Positions 39,089 to 50,816 are shown, counted from the stretch's first letter. The stretch is DNA of 64,000 bases from an uncultured Gemmatimonadales bacterium (GCA_963828735.1 CAWHFW010000005.1:1792001-1856000), one strand, 5' to 3'. Notes: generated by a model not told the origin, from the sequence alone. Translations and numbers: made by a program.

Positions 39089-39520
39089 TCATTCCGCAGG
39101 TCGGTCCGATGCCAGGCATCTCTCGGGTACCCAGCCATCGTTTCCGCCGGCATCGGACACCCAGACCCAACCGTTCATGCTCCGATGGCGGACGACCTCC
39201 GCTCCTGCGCGGACGCTGAGCTCCCGGGCGGTGTAGTCCTCCAGCATGATGGCTTCCGTGGCGGTCCGCTGCAGCAGTTGCTCCGGTACCCATCCGCCCC
39301 GCTGATCGGGGCCCGTGCACCATAGCCAGCCAGGGAATTCCGGGTCGCCCGGTCCGACATGGACCCGGTCCCCCGCTCGTACGGTGATGGGGTCCGCATA
39401 TTGGGCGGAGTAGTGGTGCGCCACGCGTATCGTCGCCACGTCTCCTGCCTGGTGGATGGCTGGGTCCCTGGTCGAGCTCCGGGGAGACCAGCCAGATCGA
39501 GGATCGTCCGTCGTGGCCAC
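39089..39520 (-). CDS. Tandem SH3-like domain protein
   Basis: YADPITVRAGD..GW.W..GWVP and DYTARELSVRAG..GWVWV..GWVP; exact start uncertain. Confidence 0.78.
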   Translation of the reverse strand: MATTDDPRSGWSPRSSTRDPAIHQAGDVATIRVAHHYSAQYADPITVRAGDRVHVGPGDPEFPGWLWCTGPDQRGGWVPEQLLQRTATEAIMLEDYTARELSVRAGAEVVRHRSMNGWVWVSDAGGNDGWVPERCLASDRPAE

Positions 39521-39595
39521 GACGCTGTGTGCGGGGCCGCGGGCCGCGCGGAAGCTGGTGGACCTGATGATAGGGTACGGTGGCGCGGAGGCACG

Positions 39596-40411
39596 TCAAG
39601 AGCGTGATGGCTTCTCGGCCAGATAGGCGTAGCGCGACATGCGCCGCTCGACCGAGAGAGTGCGCACGCAGCGCAGGAACCTCTGCAGGCCCTCGAAGTT
39701 GGCCTCGCCTTCTCTCGCCACGAGCGGCTCGCGGTGGTGCGCCCGCGCGTCGTGCCAGCGGGCCGCGACCTCGGCCGCGCTCGCCGTCACGTCCTCGACC
39801 GCGAGGACCGTGAAGCCCGCCGCTCGCAACATCTCCTCGTTCGCGCCGGGCGGCACGAAGAGGTAGAAGCCGATCGAGCTTCGCGTCGCGAGCTCCTCGT
39901 GGGAGACGATGCCCGTGAGGATCATCGCGTCGGTGAACAGCACGCGGCCACCCGGCCGCACGAGCCGGTACCAGTCGCGGAGCACCTCCGGCCGGTTCGG
40001 GAGGTGGCATATTGCGTCGTTCGAGACGATGGCATCGAAGTGTCCCCCTCCGAAGGGCAACGGCCGGCTCGCGTCCACGGCCTCGAAGCGGGCCCGTCCG
40101 GCGAGACCGCGCGCCTCGGCGAGCGCACGCGCGTTCCGAACGCCATGCTCGTTGACGTCGACGCCCGTCACCCGACACTGACGCGAGGCGGCGAGGTAGA
40201 CCGCCGGTCCGCCCGAGCCGCTCCCGACCTCCAGGACCTCGGAGTCGGGGCCGACGCCCAGCTGGTCCGCGAACGCGAGCCACTCGCGGGCCGTGAGCCA
40301 GCTGCTCTGGCCCAGGTCCTCGCCGTAGGTCTCCCGCCGCACGGCCGCTTCGGCGCTGCTCGCGAAGTCGCCATAGACATTGTCATACAGATTGACGGAA
40401 TCGGTGGACAT
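39596..40411 (-). CDS. Class I SAM-dependent methyltransferase
   Basis: VLEVGSGSGG, PLPF..FDAI, RLVRPGG. Confidence 0.9.
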   Translation of the reverse strand: MSTDSVNLYDNVYGDFASSAEAAVRRETYGEDLGQSSWLTAREWLAFADQLGVGPDSEVLEVGSGSGGPAVYLAASRQCRVTGVDVNEHGVRNARALAEARGLAGRARFEAVDASRPLPFGGGHFDAIVSNDAICHLPNRPEVLRDWYRLVRPGGRVLFTDAMILTGIVSHEELATRSSIGFYLFVPPGANEEMLRAAGFTVLAVEDVTASAAEVAARWHDARAHHREPLVAREGEANFEGLQRFLRCVRTLSVERRMSRYAYLAEKPSRS

Positions 40412-40630
40412 GCGACTTCCTCCTTCTGGCTTCCCCTGACCATTGTCGGCGTCGACCCGCCACTCACGGCCGAACTGGACACCTCCGGATTGACGCCCTC
40501 CACATACACGATCGTGACGCAGCGTTGCCACATTGCTGCCTCACTGCACGCGGCACCGCAAGGCCGGGCTGTTGCCCCCGGAGGTGGTCCTCTCCCGGGG
40601 TAGCCTGATCCGACTCGGGCTGCGTGCCTC

Positions 40631-41041
40631 ATGCGAGGCTACATGTCCCGGATGCACCCAGGCCGCACCATCCTCCTCGTCGACGATGACGCCGCCGTCC
40701 TGATGATGCTGGCCCGGCAGCTTCGGCTGCTGGGTTATGGCGTGCACACCGCAGGCACCGCCGTTGCCGCCCTCAAGCTGATGGAGCATGCCGGCAGGTT
40801 CGACCTGGTGCTCATCGACATCATCATGCCCGGGATGAACGGCACCGAGCTCGCCGGGCTCCTCCTCGACCGTGCTCCACATCAGTCGATCGTGCTCATG
40901 TCCGCCTACGCCCCGAGCGGGCTCGCCGAGGTCAGGGCCGGCACCAACCTGATCCCGGTGCTCAAGAAGCCGATCGATGCGCACGAGCTGACCCGACTGC
41001 TGGATCTGGCCCTGAGCGACGCCGGAACGCCCGCCCTATGA
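40631..41041 (+). CDS. Single-domain response regulator
   Basis: ILLVDDD, IDIIMPGMNG, MSAY, KP; start uncertain. Confidence 0.88.
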   Translation: MRGYMSRMHPGRTILLVDDDAAVLMMLARQLRLLGYGVHTAGTAVAALKLMEHAGRFDLVLIDIIMPGMNGTELAGLLLDRAPHQSIVLMSAYAPSGLAEVRAGTNLIPVLKKPIDAHELTRLLDLALSDAGTPAL

Positions 41042-41442
41042 CCACCTGCGAGCGCTACCTCCGGCCTGCCGCCGTCGCCCCGGAATCTCGCAGCAAGCCC
41101 GTCGTGCTCGTCGTGGACGACGAGCCGATGGTCCGCCGGGTCATGGTGGCGGCCCTGCGCGAGCGCTACCTCGTCCTCGAAGCCGCGAACGGTCGGGAGG
41201 CGTTGGCGCTGGTGGAGGTCGCGGGCGATGGGGTGTCGATCGTGGTGACGGACGTGCGGATGCCGACCATGGACGGTCCGGCGCTCGCCGGGGCGCTGGC
41301 GCGGCGGGAGCGCCCGCCCGCCATCCTGTTCGTGTCGGGGTTCGCGGGCGACGGCGAGCTCCCAGGACCGCTGCTCCAGAAACCCTTCCTGCCGCTCGAT
41401 CTGCTCGCGGCGGTCGCGCGGCTCGCGGCCGCTCCGCGCTAG
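41038..41442 (+). CDS. Single-domain response regulator
   Basis: VLVVDDE, TDVRMPTMDG, VSGF, KPF. Confidence 0.88.
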   Translation: MTTCERYLRPAAVAPESRSKPVVLVVDDEPMVRRVMVAALRERYLVLEAANGREALALVEVAGDGVSIVVTDVRMPTMDGPALAGALARRERPPAILFVSGFAGDGELPGPLLQKPFLPLDLLAAVARLAAAPR

Positions 41443-41448
41443 GGCTCG

Positions 41449-43812
41449 TCAGCTCGTCGTCCACCGCCAGTCGCGAATCTCCGGCAGGTCGTCGCCGTGC
41501 TCCTCGACATAGCGCGTGTGCTCGACCAGCCTGTCGCGGAGCGCCTGCTTCGCCTGCGCCGCGGTGGCGCTGAGCTTCGGCACCCGGTCGAACACGTCAG
41601 CCGCCAGGTGGAAGCGATCGAGCTGGTTCCGGACGGCCATGTCGAACGGCGTGGTGGTCGTCCCTTCCTCCTTGTACCCTCGAACGTGAAGGTTCGCGTG
41701 GTTCGTCCGCCGGTAGGTCAGCCGGTGGATGAGCCATGGGTAGCCATGGAACGCGAAGACGATGGGCTTGTCCGTCGTGAAGAGCGCGTCGAAGTCGCGA
41801 TCCGAGAGGCCGTGGGGATGCGCCGCGGCCGGCTGGAGCCGCATGAGATCGACCACGTTGATGACCCGTATCTTGAGCTCCGGCGCACGCTCGCGCAGGA
41901 GGCTTACCGCCGCCAGAGTCTCGAGCGTCGGCACGTCGCCCGCGCACGCCATGACCACGTCCGGGTCCCCGCCGCGGTCGTTGCTCGCCCATGCCCAGAT
42001 GCCGATGCCGGCGGCGCAGTGCTCGAGGGCGGCGCTCATGTCGAGATACTGGAGCTGGGGCTGCTTGCCGGCCACGATCACGTTCACGTAGTTGCGGCTC
42101 CGCAGGCAGTGATCCGCGACGGACAGCAGGGTGTTGGCGTCCGGCGGCAGATAGACCCGGATCACGTCCGCTTTCTTGTTGACGACGTGATCGATGAACC
42201 CGGGGTCCTGATGCGAGAACCCGTTGTGGTCCTGCCGCCAGACGTGGGACGTCAGCAGGTAGTTGAGGGACGCGATGGGCTGCCGCCAGGGAATCTCCCG
42301 GGTCACCTTGAGCCACTTCGCGTGCTGGTTGAACATCGAGGCCACGACGTGGACGAACGCCTCGTAGCAGGAGAAGAAGCCGTGCCGCCCAGTGAGGAGG
42401 TACCCCTCGAGCCATCCCTGGCACGTATGCTCGCTCAGTATCTCCATCACCCGGCCGTCGGGGCTCAGCTGTTCGTCATCGGGGACGCGATCGGCCATCC
42501 AGGTTCGGTCGGTGACCTCGAACAGCGCGTCGAGGCGGTTGGACGTGGTCTCGTCGGGCCCGAACACGCGGAAGTTCCGCCGCTCGAGATTGCCTTGCAT
42601 CACGTCCCGCAGGAACCTGCCGAGAACCCGCGTGGCCTCCCCGACGACCGTCCCGGGGCTCGGGACGGTGACGGCGTAGTCCTCGAAGCTCGGCAGGGCG
42701 AGATCCTGTAGCAGCAGGCCGCCGTTGGCATGCGCATTGGCGCTCATGCGCCGCGGGCCCTCGGGAGCCAATCGCGCCAGGTCCGGCACGAGGGCTCCGC
42801 GCTCGTCGAACAGCTCCTCCGCCCGATAGCTCTTCATCCATTGCTCGAGCAGCCTCACGTGGTCCGGCCGCTTGGCCATCTCCGCGAGCGGCACCTGGTG
42901 CGAACGCCAGGATCCTTCGGTCTTCTTGCCGTCCACCTCCTTCGGTCCGGTCCACCCCTTGGGGCTGCGCAGGATGATCATCGGCCACCGGGGGCGCGTG
43001 GCCTGGCCGGTCGAGCGTGCTTTCGCCTGGATCGCGCGGATGTCCCCGAGGACGGCGTCCATCGTCTCCGCCATCGCCTGGTGCATCGCCTCGGGCTCCG
43101 AGCCTTCGACGACGTACGGGCGGTACCCGTAGCCAACGACCAGGCTCATCAGCTCCTGGCGGCTGATTCGGGCGAGTATGGTCGGGCTGGCGATCTTGTA
43201 CCCGTTGAGGTGCAGGATCGGCAGCACCGCGCCATCGGTGACCGGATCGAGGAACTTGTTGCCGTGCCACCCTGTCGCCAGCGGCCCGGTCTCGGCCTCA
43301 CCGTCCCCCACCACGCAGGCCACGATGAGGCCCGGGTTGTCGAAGGCCGCGCCGAACGCGTGGGCCAGCGAGTAGCCCAGCTCTCCGCCCTCGTGAATGG
43401 AGCCGGGCGTCTCCGGCGCGGCGTGGCTCGGAATGCCGCCTGGGAACGAGAACTGCTTGAACAGCCGCTGGAGTCCGGCGAGGTCACGCGACACCTCGGG
43501 ATACAGCTCGCTGTACGTCCCTTCCAGATAGGTGTTCGCGACCACGCCGGGCCCGCCGTGGCCCGGTCCGGCGATGAAGATCATGTCCAGGTCGTCCCGC
43601 CGGATGACGCGGTTGAGGTGCGCGTAGATGAAGTTGAGCCCCGGCGTCGTGCCCCAATGCCCCAGCAGGCGGGGCTTGATGTGCTCCAGCGTCAGCGGCC
43701 GCCGGAGGAGGGGATTGTCCAGCAGATAAATCTGTCCGACGGAGAGGTAGTTCGCGGCGCGCCAGTAGGCGTCGATGGCGTGCAGCTCGGCGGGTGAAAG
43801 CGGTTGGTTCAT
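41449..43812 (-). CDS. xfp: Phosphoketolase
   Basis: [35 protein letters not shown]. Confidence 0.97.
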   Translation of the reverse strand: MNQPLSPAELHAIDAYWRAANYLSVGQIYLLDNPLLRRPLTLEHIKPRLLGHWGTTPGLNFIYAHLNRVIRRDDLDMIFIAGPGHGGPGVVANTYLEGTYSELYPEVSRDLAGLQRLFKQFSFPGGIPSHAAPETPGSIHEGGELGYSLAHAFGAAFDNPGLIVACVVGDGEAETGPLATGWHGNKFLDPVTDGAVLPILHLNGYKIASPTILARISRQELMSLVVGYGYRPYVVEGSEPEAMHQAMAETMDAVLGDIRAIQAKARSTGQATRPRWPMIILRSPKGWTGPKEVDGKKTEGSWRSHQVPLAEMAKRPDHVRLLEQWMKSYRAEELFDERGALVPDLARLAPEGPRRMSANAHANGGLLLQDLALPSFEDYAVTVPSPGTVVGEATRVLGRFLRDVMQGNLERRNFRVFGPDETTSNRLDALFEVTDRTWMADRVPDDEQLSPDGRVMEILSEHTCQGWLEGYLLTGRHGFFSCYEAFVHVVASMFNQHAKWLKVTREIPWRQPIASLNYLLTSHVWRQDHNGFSHQDPGFIDHVVNKKADVIRVYLPPDANTLLSVADHCLRSRNYVNVIVAGKQPQLQYLDMSAALEHCAAGIGIWAWASNDRGGDPDVVMACAGDVPTLETLAAVSLLRERAPELKIRVINVVDLMRLQPAAAHPHGLSDRDFDALFTTDKPIVFAFHGYPWLIHRLTYRRTNHANLHVRGYKEEGTTTTPFDMAVRNQLDRFHLAADVFDRVPKLSATAAQAKQALRDRLVEHTRYVEEHGDDLPEIRDWRWTTS

Positions 43813-43986
43813 CCTTCGCTCCTGGCATTCGTGGCCCACCGGACGTCGCCGACGGGACCTACGAAGCAAGGTAGCCCCCCCTTGGGACCAGGTCATGGGT
43901 TCCGCCGGTTCCGCGCGGCCGGCGTCCGCGGTAAGTCTTAGGGGGAAAATGCCGGCGATGGTGACCGTAGCTCGGGGTGGGCAACG

Positions 43987-45048
43987 ATGCGCGTTCTGGT
44001 GATCAACTGCGGGAGCACGACGCTCAAGTACAAGCTATTCGAGGATAACGGCGGCGAGCTCGCGCAACTGGCGGGCGCCACGGTAGAGACCACAGCCGGA
44101 TTCCGCGCCGCGGTCGATCGAGCCATGGCGGCGCTTCCCTCGCAGCCGGACGTCATCGCCCATCGAGTCGTGCACGGCGGCGGGCGTATGCCGGACGTGG
44201 TCCGGATAAATGCCGAGGTGCTTCGCATGCTCCGCGAGGTCTCGCGACTCGCGCCGCTGCACAACGGGCCGGCGCTCGAGGGGATCGAGACCACCCTCGG
44301 CCTCGGCGTTCCCCTGATCGCCGCGCTGGATACGGCCTTTCACGATACGCTTCCGCCTCGGGCCTGGCGGTATGCCGTCCCCGAGATGGACGGCGTGCGC
44401 CGGTACGGGTTCCATGGCTGGTCGCACCGGTACGTCACCGAGCGCTACGCGGCGCTGACCGGCTCGCCCGAGCCCACGATCATCACGCTGCACCTTGGCG
44501 GCGGCTGCTCCGCGGCCGCCATCCAACGCGGACGCTCGGTGGATACGTCCATGGGCTACTCGCCGCTCGAAGGCCTGGTCATGGGTACGCGCGCGGGAGA
44601 CCTCGACCCCGGTATCCTGACCCATCTGCTGTACGAGGGCATGTCTCTGAAGCAGCTCGAGCACCTGCTGCACCACGGGAGCGGTCTGAAGGCGCTGGCG
44701 GGCACCGCCGACGTACGGGAGCTGCTCAAGCGCGATGACGCGGTGGCGGAGCTGGCGCTCGACGTCTTCTGCTATCGGGTCCAGAAATACGTCGGAGCGT
44801 ACCTCGCCGTCCTCGAAGGCGCGGAGGCGATCGTGTTCACCGGCGGCATCGGAGAGCACGCGCCGGAGATCCGGCGGCGGGTGTGCACGGGGTTCGGTTG
44901 GGCCGGCCTGACGCTGGACGTCGAGCGCAACCAGGGCAACGAGCTTCGGATCTCGACCGACGGGTCGCGCCTTGCGGCGTACGCGATCCCCACCGACGAG
45001 GAATACCTCATTGCCCGAGAGACGCTCACGCTGATGTCCGCGCCCTAG
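43987..45048 (+). CDS. ackA: Acetate kinase
   Basis: [40 protein letters not shown]. Confidence 0.95.
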   Translation: MRVLVINCGSTTLKYKLFEDNGGELAQLAGATVETTAGFRAAVDRAMAALPSQPDVIAHRVVHGGGRMPDVVRINAEVLRMLREVSRLAPLHNGPALEGIETTLGLGVPLIAALDTAFHDTLPPRAWRYAVPEMDGVRRYGFHGWSHRYVTERYAALTGSPEPTIITLHLGGGCSAAAIQRGRSVDTSMGYSPLEGLVMGTRAGDLDPGILTHLLYEGMSLKQLEHLLHHGSGLKALAGTADVRELLKRDDAVAELALDVFCYRVQKYVGAYLAVLEGAEAIVFTGGIGEHAPEIRRRVCTGFGWAGLTLDVERNQGNELRISTDGSRLAAYAIPTDEEYLIARETLTLMSAP

Positions 45049-46613
45049 GGCTCGCGCCACTTCGCGCCTTCCCGTGCGATGAATTCGTCCGCCACGGCCG
45101 GCCCCCACATCCCCGCGGCGTAGTTGGGAAAGTGGTCGGGGCGCTTGTTGGCCCAGAAGTCGATGATGGGATCCACCACCGCCCACGCCGCCTCGACCTC
45201 GTCGCTCCGGGTGAAGAGCGTGGCGTCGCCCAGCATGCAATCCAGCAGCAGCGTCTCGTAGGCATCGTGCTCCAGCTCGCCGAACGCCTCGGCATAGCTG
45301 AAATCCATGTCGACCGACCCCATCTCGACGTCCGGCCCCGGAACCTTCACGTCGAACCGCAGCGCGATGCCTTCCTGTGGCTGTACCCGGATGGCCAGCG
45401 TGTTGGGCTCGATGACCTGCCCTTCGGACAACGGGAACATGACGTGCGGCGGCTTCCGGAACTGGATGGCGATCTCGGACACCCGCCTCGGCAATCGCTT
45501 GCCGGAGCGGAGGTAGAACGGGACGTCGTGCCAGCGCCAGTTGTCGATCATGAAGCGGATGGCGCAGTACGTCGGCGTGCTGCTGTCGCGCGCGACGTTG
45601 GGCTCCTCCCGATACCCCGGGACGGGCTTCCCGTTGATCATGCCGGGCCCGTACTGGCCTCGCACCGCGTAGTCATGCATCACCGCGGGCGTGACGGGTC
45701 GGATGGCTCGGAGCACCTTCACCTTCTCGTCACGCACCGCGTCCGCGGAGAAGGTGACCGGCGGCTCCATCGCTACCATGGTGAGGAGCTGCAGCAGATG
45801 GTTCTGGAACATGTCCCGCACGACACCGGCTTCCTCGTAGTACTTGCCCCGATGCTCGACGCCGACGCTTTCGGCGACGGTGATCTGCACGTGGTGCACG
45901 TGTTGGCGGTTGCACACCGGCTCGAAGATGGAGTTGGCGAACCGGAAGACCAGGAGGTTCTGGACCGTCTCCTTGCCCAGGTAGTGGTCGATCCGGTACA
46001 CCTGGTGCTCGGCGAAGGCCCGGCGGACGCACGCGTTGAGCGCGCCCGCGCTGCCCAGGCTCTGACCGAACGGTTTCTCGATGATGATCCGGACCCAGGG
46101 ACGTTGCTTGGGGTCGGGTATCCGGGTGGCGATGCCCGATTCGGCCAGCCGGTTGACGGTCTCCTCGTACAGGCTGGGCGGAATGGCGAGGTAGAACAGG
46201 CGCCCGCTTCCGCCCGGCAGCTTTGTGTCGGTCTCCGCCAGGCGCTCCCGGATGGTGTCATAGGTGCCGGGATCATCCAGCCCTCCGGAGATGTAGTTGA
46301 GCCGCGCCGCAAATCGCTCCCAGGCCTTCGGCTCGAAATCGGCGTGATCCGGTAGGAAGGTCTTGAGCGCGTCTCCCACCTTGGCTTTGAAGGACGTGTC
46401 GTTCATCGGCTCGCGGGCGACGGTGATGATGGTGAACTCTTCGGGCAGGAGGCCGTCCAGCATCAGGTGATACAGCGACGGCATCAGCTTCCGGTGCAGG
46501 AGATCGCCGGCGCCGAAGATGACGAGGGTGCACGGCTCCGGTCGGTGCAGGTGCTGCGCGGCCTTCGGCGGAGTTTCCGGGGCGGCGACGGTCATCGAGG
46601 CTCTGGTCGTCAT
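45045..46613 (-). CDS. zwf: Glucose-6-phosphate 1-dehydrogenase
   Basis: IEKPFG, RIDHYLGKETVQN, RDMFQNH, YLRSGK. Confidence 0.97.
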   Translation of the reverse strand: MTTRASMTVAAPETPPKAAQHLHRPEPCTLVIFGAGDLLHRKLMPSLYHLMLDGLLPEEFTIITVAREPMNDTSFKAKVGDALKTFLPDHADFEPKAWERFAARLNYISGGLDDPGTYDTIRERLAETDTKLPGGSGRLFYLAIPPSLYEETVNRLAESGIATRIPDPKQRPWVRIIIEKPFGQSLGSAGALNACVRRAFAEHQVYRIDHYLGKETVQNLLVFRFANSIFEPVCNRQHVHHVQITVAESVGVEHRGKYYEEAGVVRDMFQNHLLQLLTMVAMEPPVTFSADAVRDEKVKVLRAIRPVTPAVMHDYAVRGQYGPGMINGKPVPGYREEPNVARDSSTPTYCAIRFMIDNWRWHDVPFYLRSGKRLPRRVSEIAIQFRKPPHVMFPLSEGQVIEPNTLAIRVQPQEGIALRFDVKVPGPDVEMGSVDMDFSYAEAFGELEHDAYETLLLDCMLGDATLFTRSDEVEAAWAVVDPIIDFWANKRPDHFPNYAAGMWGPAVADEFIAREGAKWREP

Positions 46614-47509
46614 GTGGTCTTCACCGCGTGGCCGCCGAATTCGTTCCGAAGTGCCGCGATGACCTTGGCCCCGAAGGAGTCGGCTTGCCGGGAGCGGAAC
46701 CGCGTGAGGAGCGACAGGGTGATCACCGGCGCCGGCACGTCGAGGTCGATCGCCTCCTGCACCGTCCAGCGGCCCTCGCCGGAGTCTTCCACGTAACCCT
46801 TCAATGCCGACAGGGCCGCGTCCTTCGCGAAGGCACGCTCGGCCAGCTCGTTGAGCCAGGAGCGGACCACGCTGCCCCGGTTCCAGACCGCCGCGATCTG
46901 ATGGAGGTCGAGATCGTAATCCTTGGACGCGTGCAGAATCTCGTAGCCCTCGGCATAGGCCTGGAGCATGCCGTACTCTATGCCGTTGTGGATCATCTTG
47001 ACGTAGTGACCGGCGCCCGGAGCGCCGACGTGTGCGTAGCCGTCCGGCGGCGCCAACGTACGGAAGATCGGCTCGCACTGCCGGAAGGCCTCGGCCGAGG
47101 CCCCGATCATCAGGCAGTACCCAACCGTCAGCCCCCAGATGCCGCCGCTGGTGCCGGCATCGATGAACTCCAGCCCCTTCTCCCGGAGCTTGGCGGCGCG
47201 GCGCTGGGAGTCGTGGAAGTTCGAGTTGCCGCCGTCGATGATGATGTCTCCCTTCGACAGCGCGGGCACCAGCTCGTCGATGGTGCTCTCGACCGGCGCG
47301 CCGGCGGGCACCATCACCCAGGCCACGCGAGGCGGGCGAAGCTGGCGGCACACGTCGGCCAGGTCCTTCGCGGCCGTGGCGCCCATCGCGACGTGCTGCT
47401 GCACGACGTCCGTGCTCCGGTCGAACACCACCAGCTCATGGCCGCCCTTCAACAGGCGCTGCACCATGTTGCCGCCCATGCGGCCCAGGCCGATCATGGC
47501 GAGCTGCAT
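46610..47509 (-). CDS. gnd: 6-phosphogluconate dehydrogenase, decarboxylating (short form)
   Basis: GLGRMG, IDGGN, SGG, KMIHNGIEYG, RNEFGGH. Confidence 0.96.
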   Translation of the reverse strand: MQLAMIGLGRMGGNMVQRLLKGGHELVVFDRSTDVVQQHVAMGATAAKDLADVCRQLRPPRVAWVMVPAGAPVESTIDELVPALSKGDIIIDGGNSNFHDSQRRAAKLREKGLEFIDAGTSGGIWGLTVGYCLMIGASAEAFRQCEPIFRTLAPPDGYAHVGAPGAGHYVKMIHNGIEYGMLQAYAEGYEILHASKDYDLDLHQIAAVWNRGSVVRSWLNELAERAFAKDAALSALKGYVEDSGEGRWTVQEAIDLDVPAPVITLSLLTRFRSRQADSFGAKVIAALRNEFGGHAVKTT

Positions 47510-47523
47510 CGAATGACCTCCTA

Positions 47524-48132
47524 TCAGGTGTGCACGCCCAGGCCCGCCAGCTCCTGGCGCAGTCGGACAGCGTCGGTGAAACGAATGGTCTTCATCCCGA
47601 GGGCGGAAGCCGGCGGGAGGTTCTGTTCCCGGTCGTCGACGAATACCGAGGCGGCCGGGTCGGACTGGGACATCGCGAGCGCAACCTCGTAGATCCGCCG
47701 GACGGGCTTCAGAATCCCCACCCAGCAGGACGAGAAAAACGTCGTGAAGATGTCGCGCAGGCCGAACGCCTCGAGCCGGTGCTGGTTCAGCTCCGCCGAC
47801 TCGTTGTTGATGGTCATGAGTCGATACTGCCCGGTCCGCGCCAGGGAGCGGGCCAGGTCGATGGTCTCCGGAAACGGCCTGCTTTGCGCCAGCATGAAGG
47901 TCCTGAACTCCTCCATGGCGAAGGGCCGCGGCCGGTGGAAGACCACGCACCGCAGATAGTCCTCCAGCGTCATCCGGCCCTGCTCCAGCATCGCGAACGT
48001 CTCGGCGTGAAGGTCCTCGAGCTCCGCGGGGTCGAGGCCGAAGTGCTGCACGGCCGCGCCGCGCTGATCCCGATCCCAGCCGTTGGTGCCGAGCACCCCG
48101 CCGATGTCGAAGAAGACCCTGGTGATTGTCAC
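47524..48132 (-). CDS. HAD-family phosphatase
   Basis: FFDIGGVL, KP, FVDDREQN. Confidence 0.9.
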   Translation of the reverse strand: MTITRVFFDIGGVLGTNGWDRDQRGAAVQHFGLDPAELEDLHAETFAMLEQGRMTLEDYLRCVVFHRPRPFAMEEFRTFMLAQSRPFPETIDLARSLARTGQYRLMTINNESAELNQHRLEAFGLRDIFTTFFSSCWVGILKPVRRIYEVALAMSQSDPAASVFVDDREQNLPPASALGMKTIRFTDAVRLRQELAGLGVHT

Positions 48133-50816
48133 CGCTCGAGCAACCCGAGATCGGCCACGCGGATGGCCGGCCGGCCTCGACTCCTCAACGCGAGCAGGTC
48201 CCCCTCCGCCTGGGCCGCCTCCAGCCTGGCGAAGCCGAACGACTCGCCGGGAATCGGCAGGTCTTTCTCCGACCGTCCGGTGATCTGTAGGAAGTGTCCG
48301 ACGGGCCTCCCACCCTTGTGGAGCTGGCCGGTGGAGTGAAGGAACCTGGGTCCGTATCCCAGCGTGGTGGCGACTTTCAGGCGGTCGCGCAGCCGGAGTC
48401 GGATCGAGGCGAGGCGGCGGTCGTTCTCCGGCGTGGGCGGCAGATACGCCATGATGGCGAGGTAGTCGCCCGACTTGATGTCACCGAGGAACCGCTCCAG
48501 CTCCGCGGCCGAAGCGGCCGGCGACGGCGCGGTCTTCTTCGCCAGCACCGTCTTCGTGTTCGCCTTGCTCTCGGCCACGTTGGGCTGGTCGAACGGATTG
48601 ATGCGGAGCACGGCGCCCGCCACGGCGGTGGCGAACTCCCAGCGGAAGAACTCCTGTCCCAGGTCGTAGCGGTCATCCAGCCGGAGATGGACCACGGGAT
48701 GGCCGGCGGCCTCCAGCGCGGACAGGCGGGCCTCCGTTTCCGCGACGTCGTCGCCGGCCAGGGCCATCGAGACGAAGATCCGGTCGGCGCCATAGACCTC
48801 GGGCCCGCCGAGCGGCTCGTCGGCCACCGGCAGGACGCCCTTGCCTTCCTTGCCAGTGCTCTCGGCGATCAGCTGTTCCGCCCACAGACCGAAGCTCGCG
48901 ATGGCCGGCGAGAGGACGAACGTCGCCTTGTCGCGCCCGGCCAACGCCGCCTCGCCCAGAATGGCGCCGAGCCAGGCGGCTGGATTCTCCAGGGTCGGCA
49001 CACAGGCGGCGCAGGCCTCGGCCATTCGATGCGCGCGATGCAGCAGGGTCTCGACGTCGATCCCGATCAGGGCGGCCGGCACCAGGCCGAAATAGGAGAG
49101 CGCGGAGTAGCGGCCGCCGATGTCCGATGGATTGAGAAACACGCGGCGGAACCCACGCTCGCCGGCGAGCCGCTCGAGCGGCGTCCCGGGATCGGTGATC
49201 GCGACGAACTGCTGGCCGCGACCGCCCGAGCGCTCCCAGAAGTAGCGGAAGAAACTGTCGCTCTCCTGGGTAGTTCCCGACTTGCTCGAGATGATGAAGA
49301 GCGTCTTCGCCAGGTCGCTCCGTTCCGCCTGCCGTACGGCGTCGGGATCGGTGCTGTCGAGAACGTGAAGCGAGGGGTACTTCGGCGCGGCGCCGAAGGT
49401 GCGCCACAGCACCTCCGGCGCAAGGCTCGAGCCGCCCATGCCGCAGAGCACCACGCGATCGAACCCGGCACGCACCTCGTCGGCGAACGCCGTGAGGGCC
49501 TTCACCTGCTGGGCCATCGCCTTGCCCACGGTGAGCCAGCCGAGCCGATCGCGGATCTCCGGTGTGCTCGGGTCGTCGGTCCACACCGTCGGATCGTGGG
49601 CCCAGATGCGCCTGGTGGCCTGCGCCGCGCCCAGGGCGTCGAGCCGCTGCGAGACTCTGGCGTCGACGACGGGGAACACCGCGGAATGGCCGGGCGGCGC
49701 CTGGGAGGCGAGCGCCTGGCGCTTGGTCCGGATCACACCGAGCAGTGCCTCGAACGACTTGGCGAACTTCTCGATGCCGTCGTCCTCGAGCACGCGGGTG
49801 ACGTCGGCGAGGTCCACTCCACCGGCCGCCAGCCGCTCCAGGAGCAGGTGGGCGTCGCTGGCATCGTCCGTGAGCGTGCGGCGCACGGCCCCGTGATCCT
49901 CGAAGAGGCGGAGCGTTGCGGGGGGCATGGTATTGATCGTATCGGAGCCGATGAGCGAGTCCACGTAGAGGACGTCAGAGTAGCGCGTGTCCTTGGTGCC
50001 GGTGCTGGCCCACAGGAGCCGTTGAGGCCTGGCGCCGGCGGCGGCCAACCGCTGCCAGGCCGGGCTCGACAGATGGTCGCGAAACCAGGCGTAGGCCAGG
50101 CGCGCGTTGGCGATCGCGATCTTGCCGCGGAGATTGAGCAGCGGGCCGCCGATGGCGTCGATGCGGCGATCCGTCTCCGTGTCCACCCGACTCACGAAGA
50201 ACGAGGCGACGGAGGCGAGCCGATCGATCGGCTGCCCCGCGCGCTGCCGGGCCTCGAGCGCGCGGACGTAGGCTTCCGCCACTTCGCGGTAGTGGTCGAG
50301 CGAGAACAGCAACGTGACGTTGACGTTGATCCCGCCCGCGAGGAGCCGCTCGATCGCCGGCCACCCTTCCTTGGTGCCGGGCACCTTGATCATCAGGTTG
50401 GGCCGGTCCACCGCCGACCACAGCCGCCGCGCCTCGGCGATCGTTCCTTCGGTGTCGCGGGCAAGCGTGGGCGAGACCTCGAGGGACACGAAGCCGTCCT
50501 GCCCCGCGGTGCCGTCGTACACCGGCCGGAAGAGGTCCGCGGCGTGGCGAACGTCGTCCACGGCGAGCCGCTCGAAGATCTCCAGGTCGCTCTTCGGGGA
50601 CTTCGCCAGCGTCATCAGCTCGTCGTCGTAGTCACTGCTCCCGCCGATGGCGTGCTCGAAGATGGTCGGATTCGAGGTCATGCCCCGGAGACCGTCGTCG
50701 ATCAGCTCCTGCAGCTCCCCGGACCGGAACATCCCGCGGCGCAGGTAGTCCAGCCATACGCTCTGCCCGAGCTCGAGCAGGGCCTGCATGGCGGTACGTG
50801 TCGTTGAAGCGGTCAT
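48129..50816 (-). CDS. Bifunctional transaldolase/glucose-6-phosphate isomerase
   Basis: QSVWLD, TSNPTIF, MIKVPGT, SFFVSR; GMGGSSL, SKSGTT, GGRYSAL, PFDQPNV. Confidence 0.95.
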   Translation of the reverse strand: MTASTTRTAMQALLELGQSVWLDYLRRGMFRSGELQELIDDGLRGMTSNPTIFEHAIGGSSDYDDELMTLAKSPKSDLEIFERLAVDDVRHAADLFRPVYDGTAGQDGFVSLEVSPTLARDTEGTIAEARRLWSAVDRPNLMIKVPGTKEGWPAIERLLAGGINVNVTLLFSLDHYREVAEAYVRALEARQRAGQPIDRLASVASFFVSRVDTETDRRIDAIGGPLLNLRGKIAIANARLAYAWFRDHLSSPAWQRLAAAGARPQRLLWASTGTKDTRYSDVLYVDSLIGSDTINTMPPATLRLFEDHGAVRRTLTDDASDAHLLLERLAAGGVDLADVTRVLEDDGIEKFAKSFEALLGVIRTKRQALASQAPPGHSAVFPVVDARVSQRLDALGAAQATRRIWAHDPTVWTDDPSTPEIRDRLGWLTVGKAMAQQVKALTAFADEVRAGFDRVVLCGMGGSSLAPEVLWRTFGAAPKYPSLHVLDSTDPDAVRQAERSDLAKTLFIISSKSGTTQESDSFFRYFWERSGGRGQQFVAITDPGTPLERLAGERGFRRVFLNPSDIGGRYSALSYFGLVPAALIGIDVETLLHRAHRMAEACAACVPTLENPAAWLGAILGEAALAGRDKATFVLSPAIASFGLWAEQLIAESTGKEGKGVLPVADEPLGGPEVYGADRIFVSMALAGDDVAETEARLSALEAAGHPVVHLRLDDRYDLGQEFFRWEFATAVAGAVLRINPFDQPNVAESKANTKTVLAKKTAPSPAASAAELERFLGDIKSGDYLAIMAYLPPTPENDRRLASIRLRLRDRLKVATTLGYGPRFLHSTGQLHKGGRPVGHFLQITGRSEKDLPIPGESFGFARLEAAQAEGDLLALRSRGRPAIRVADLGLLER

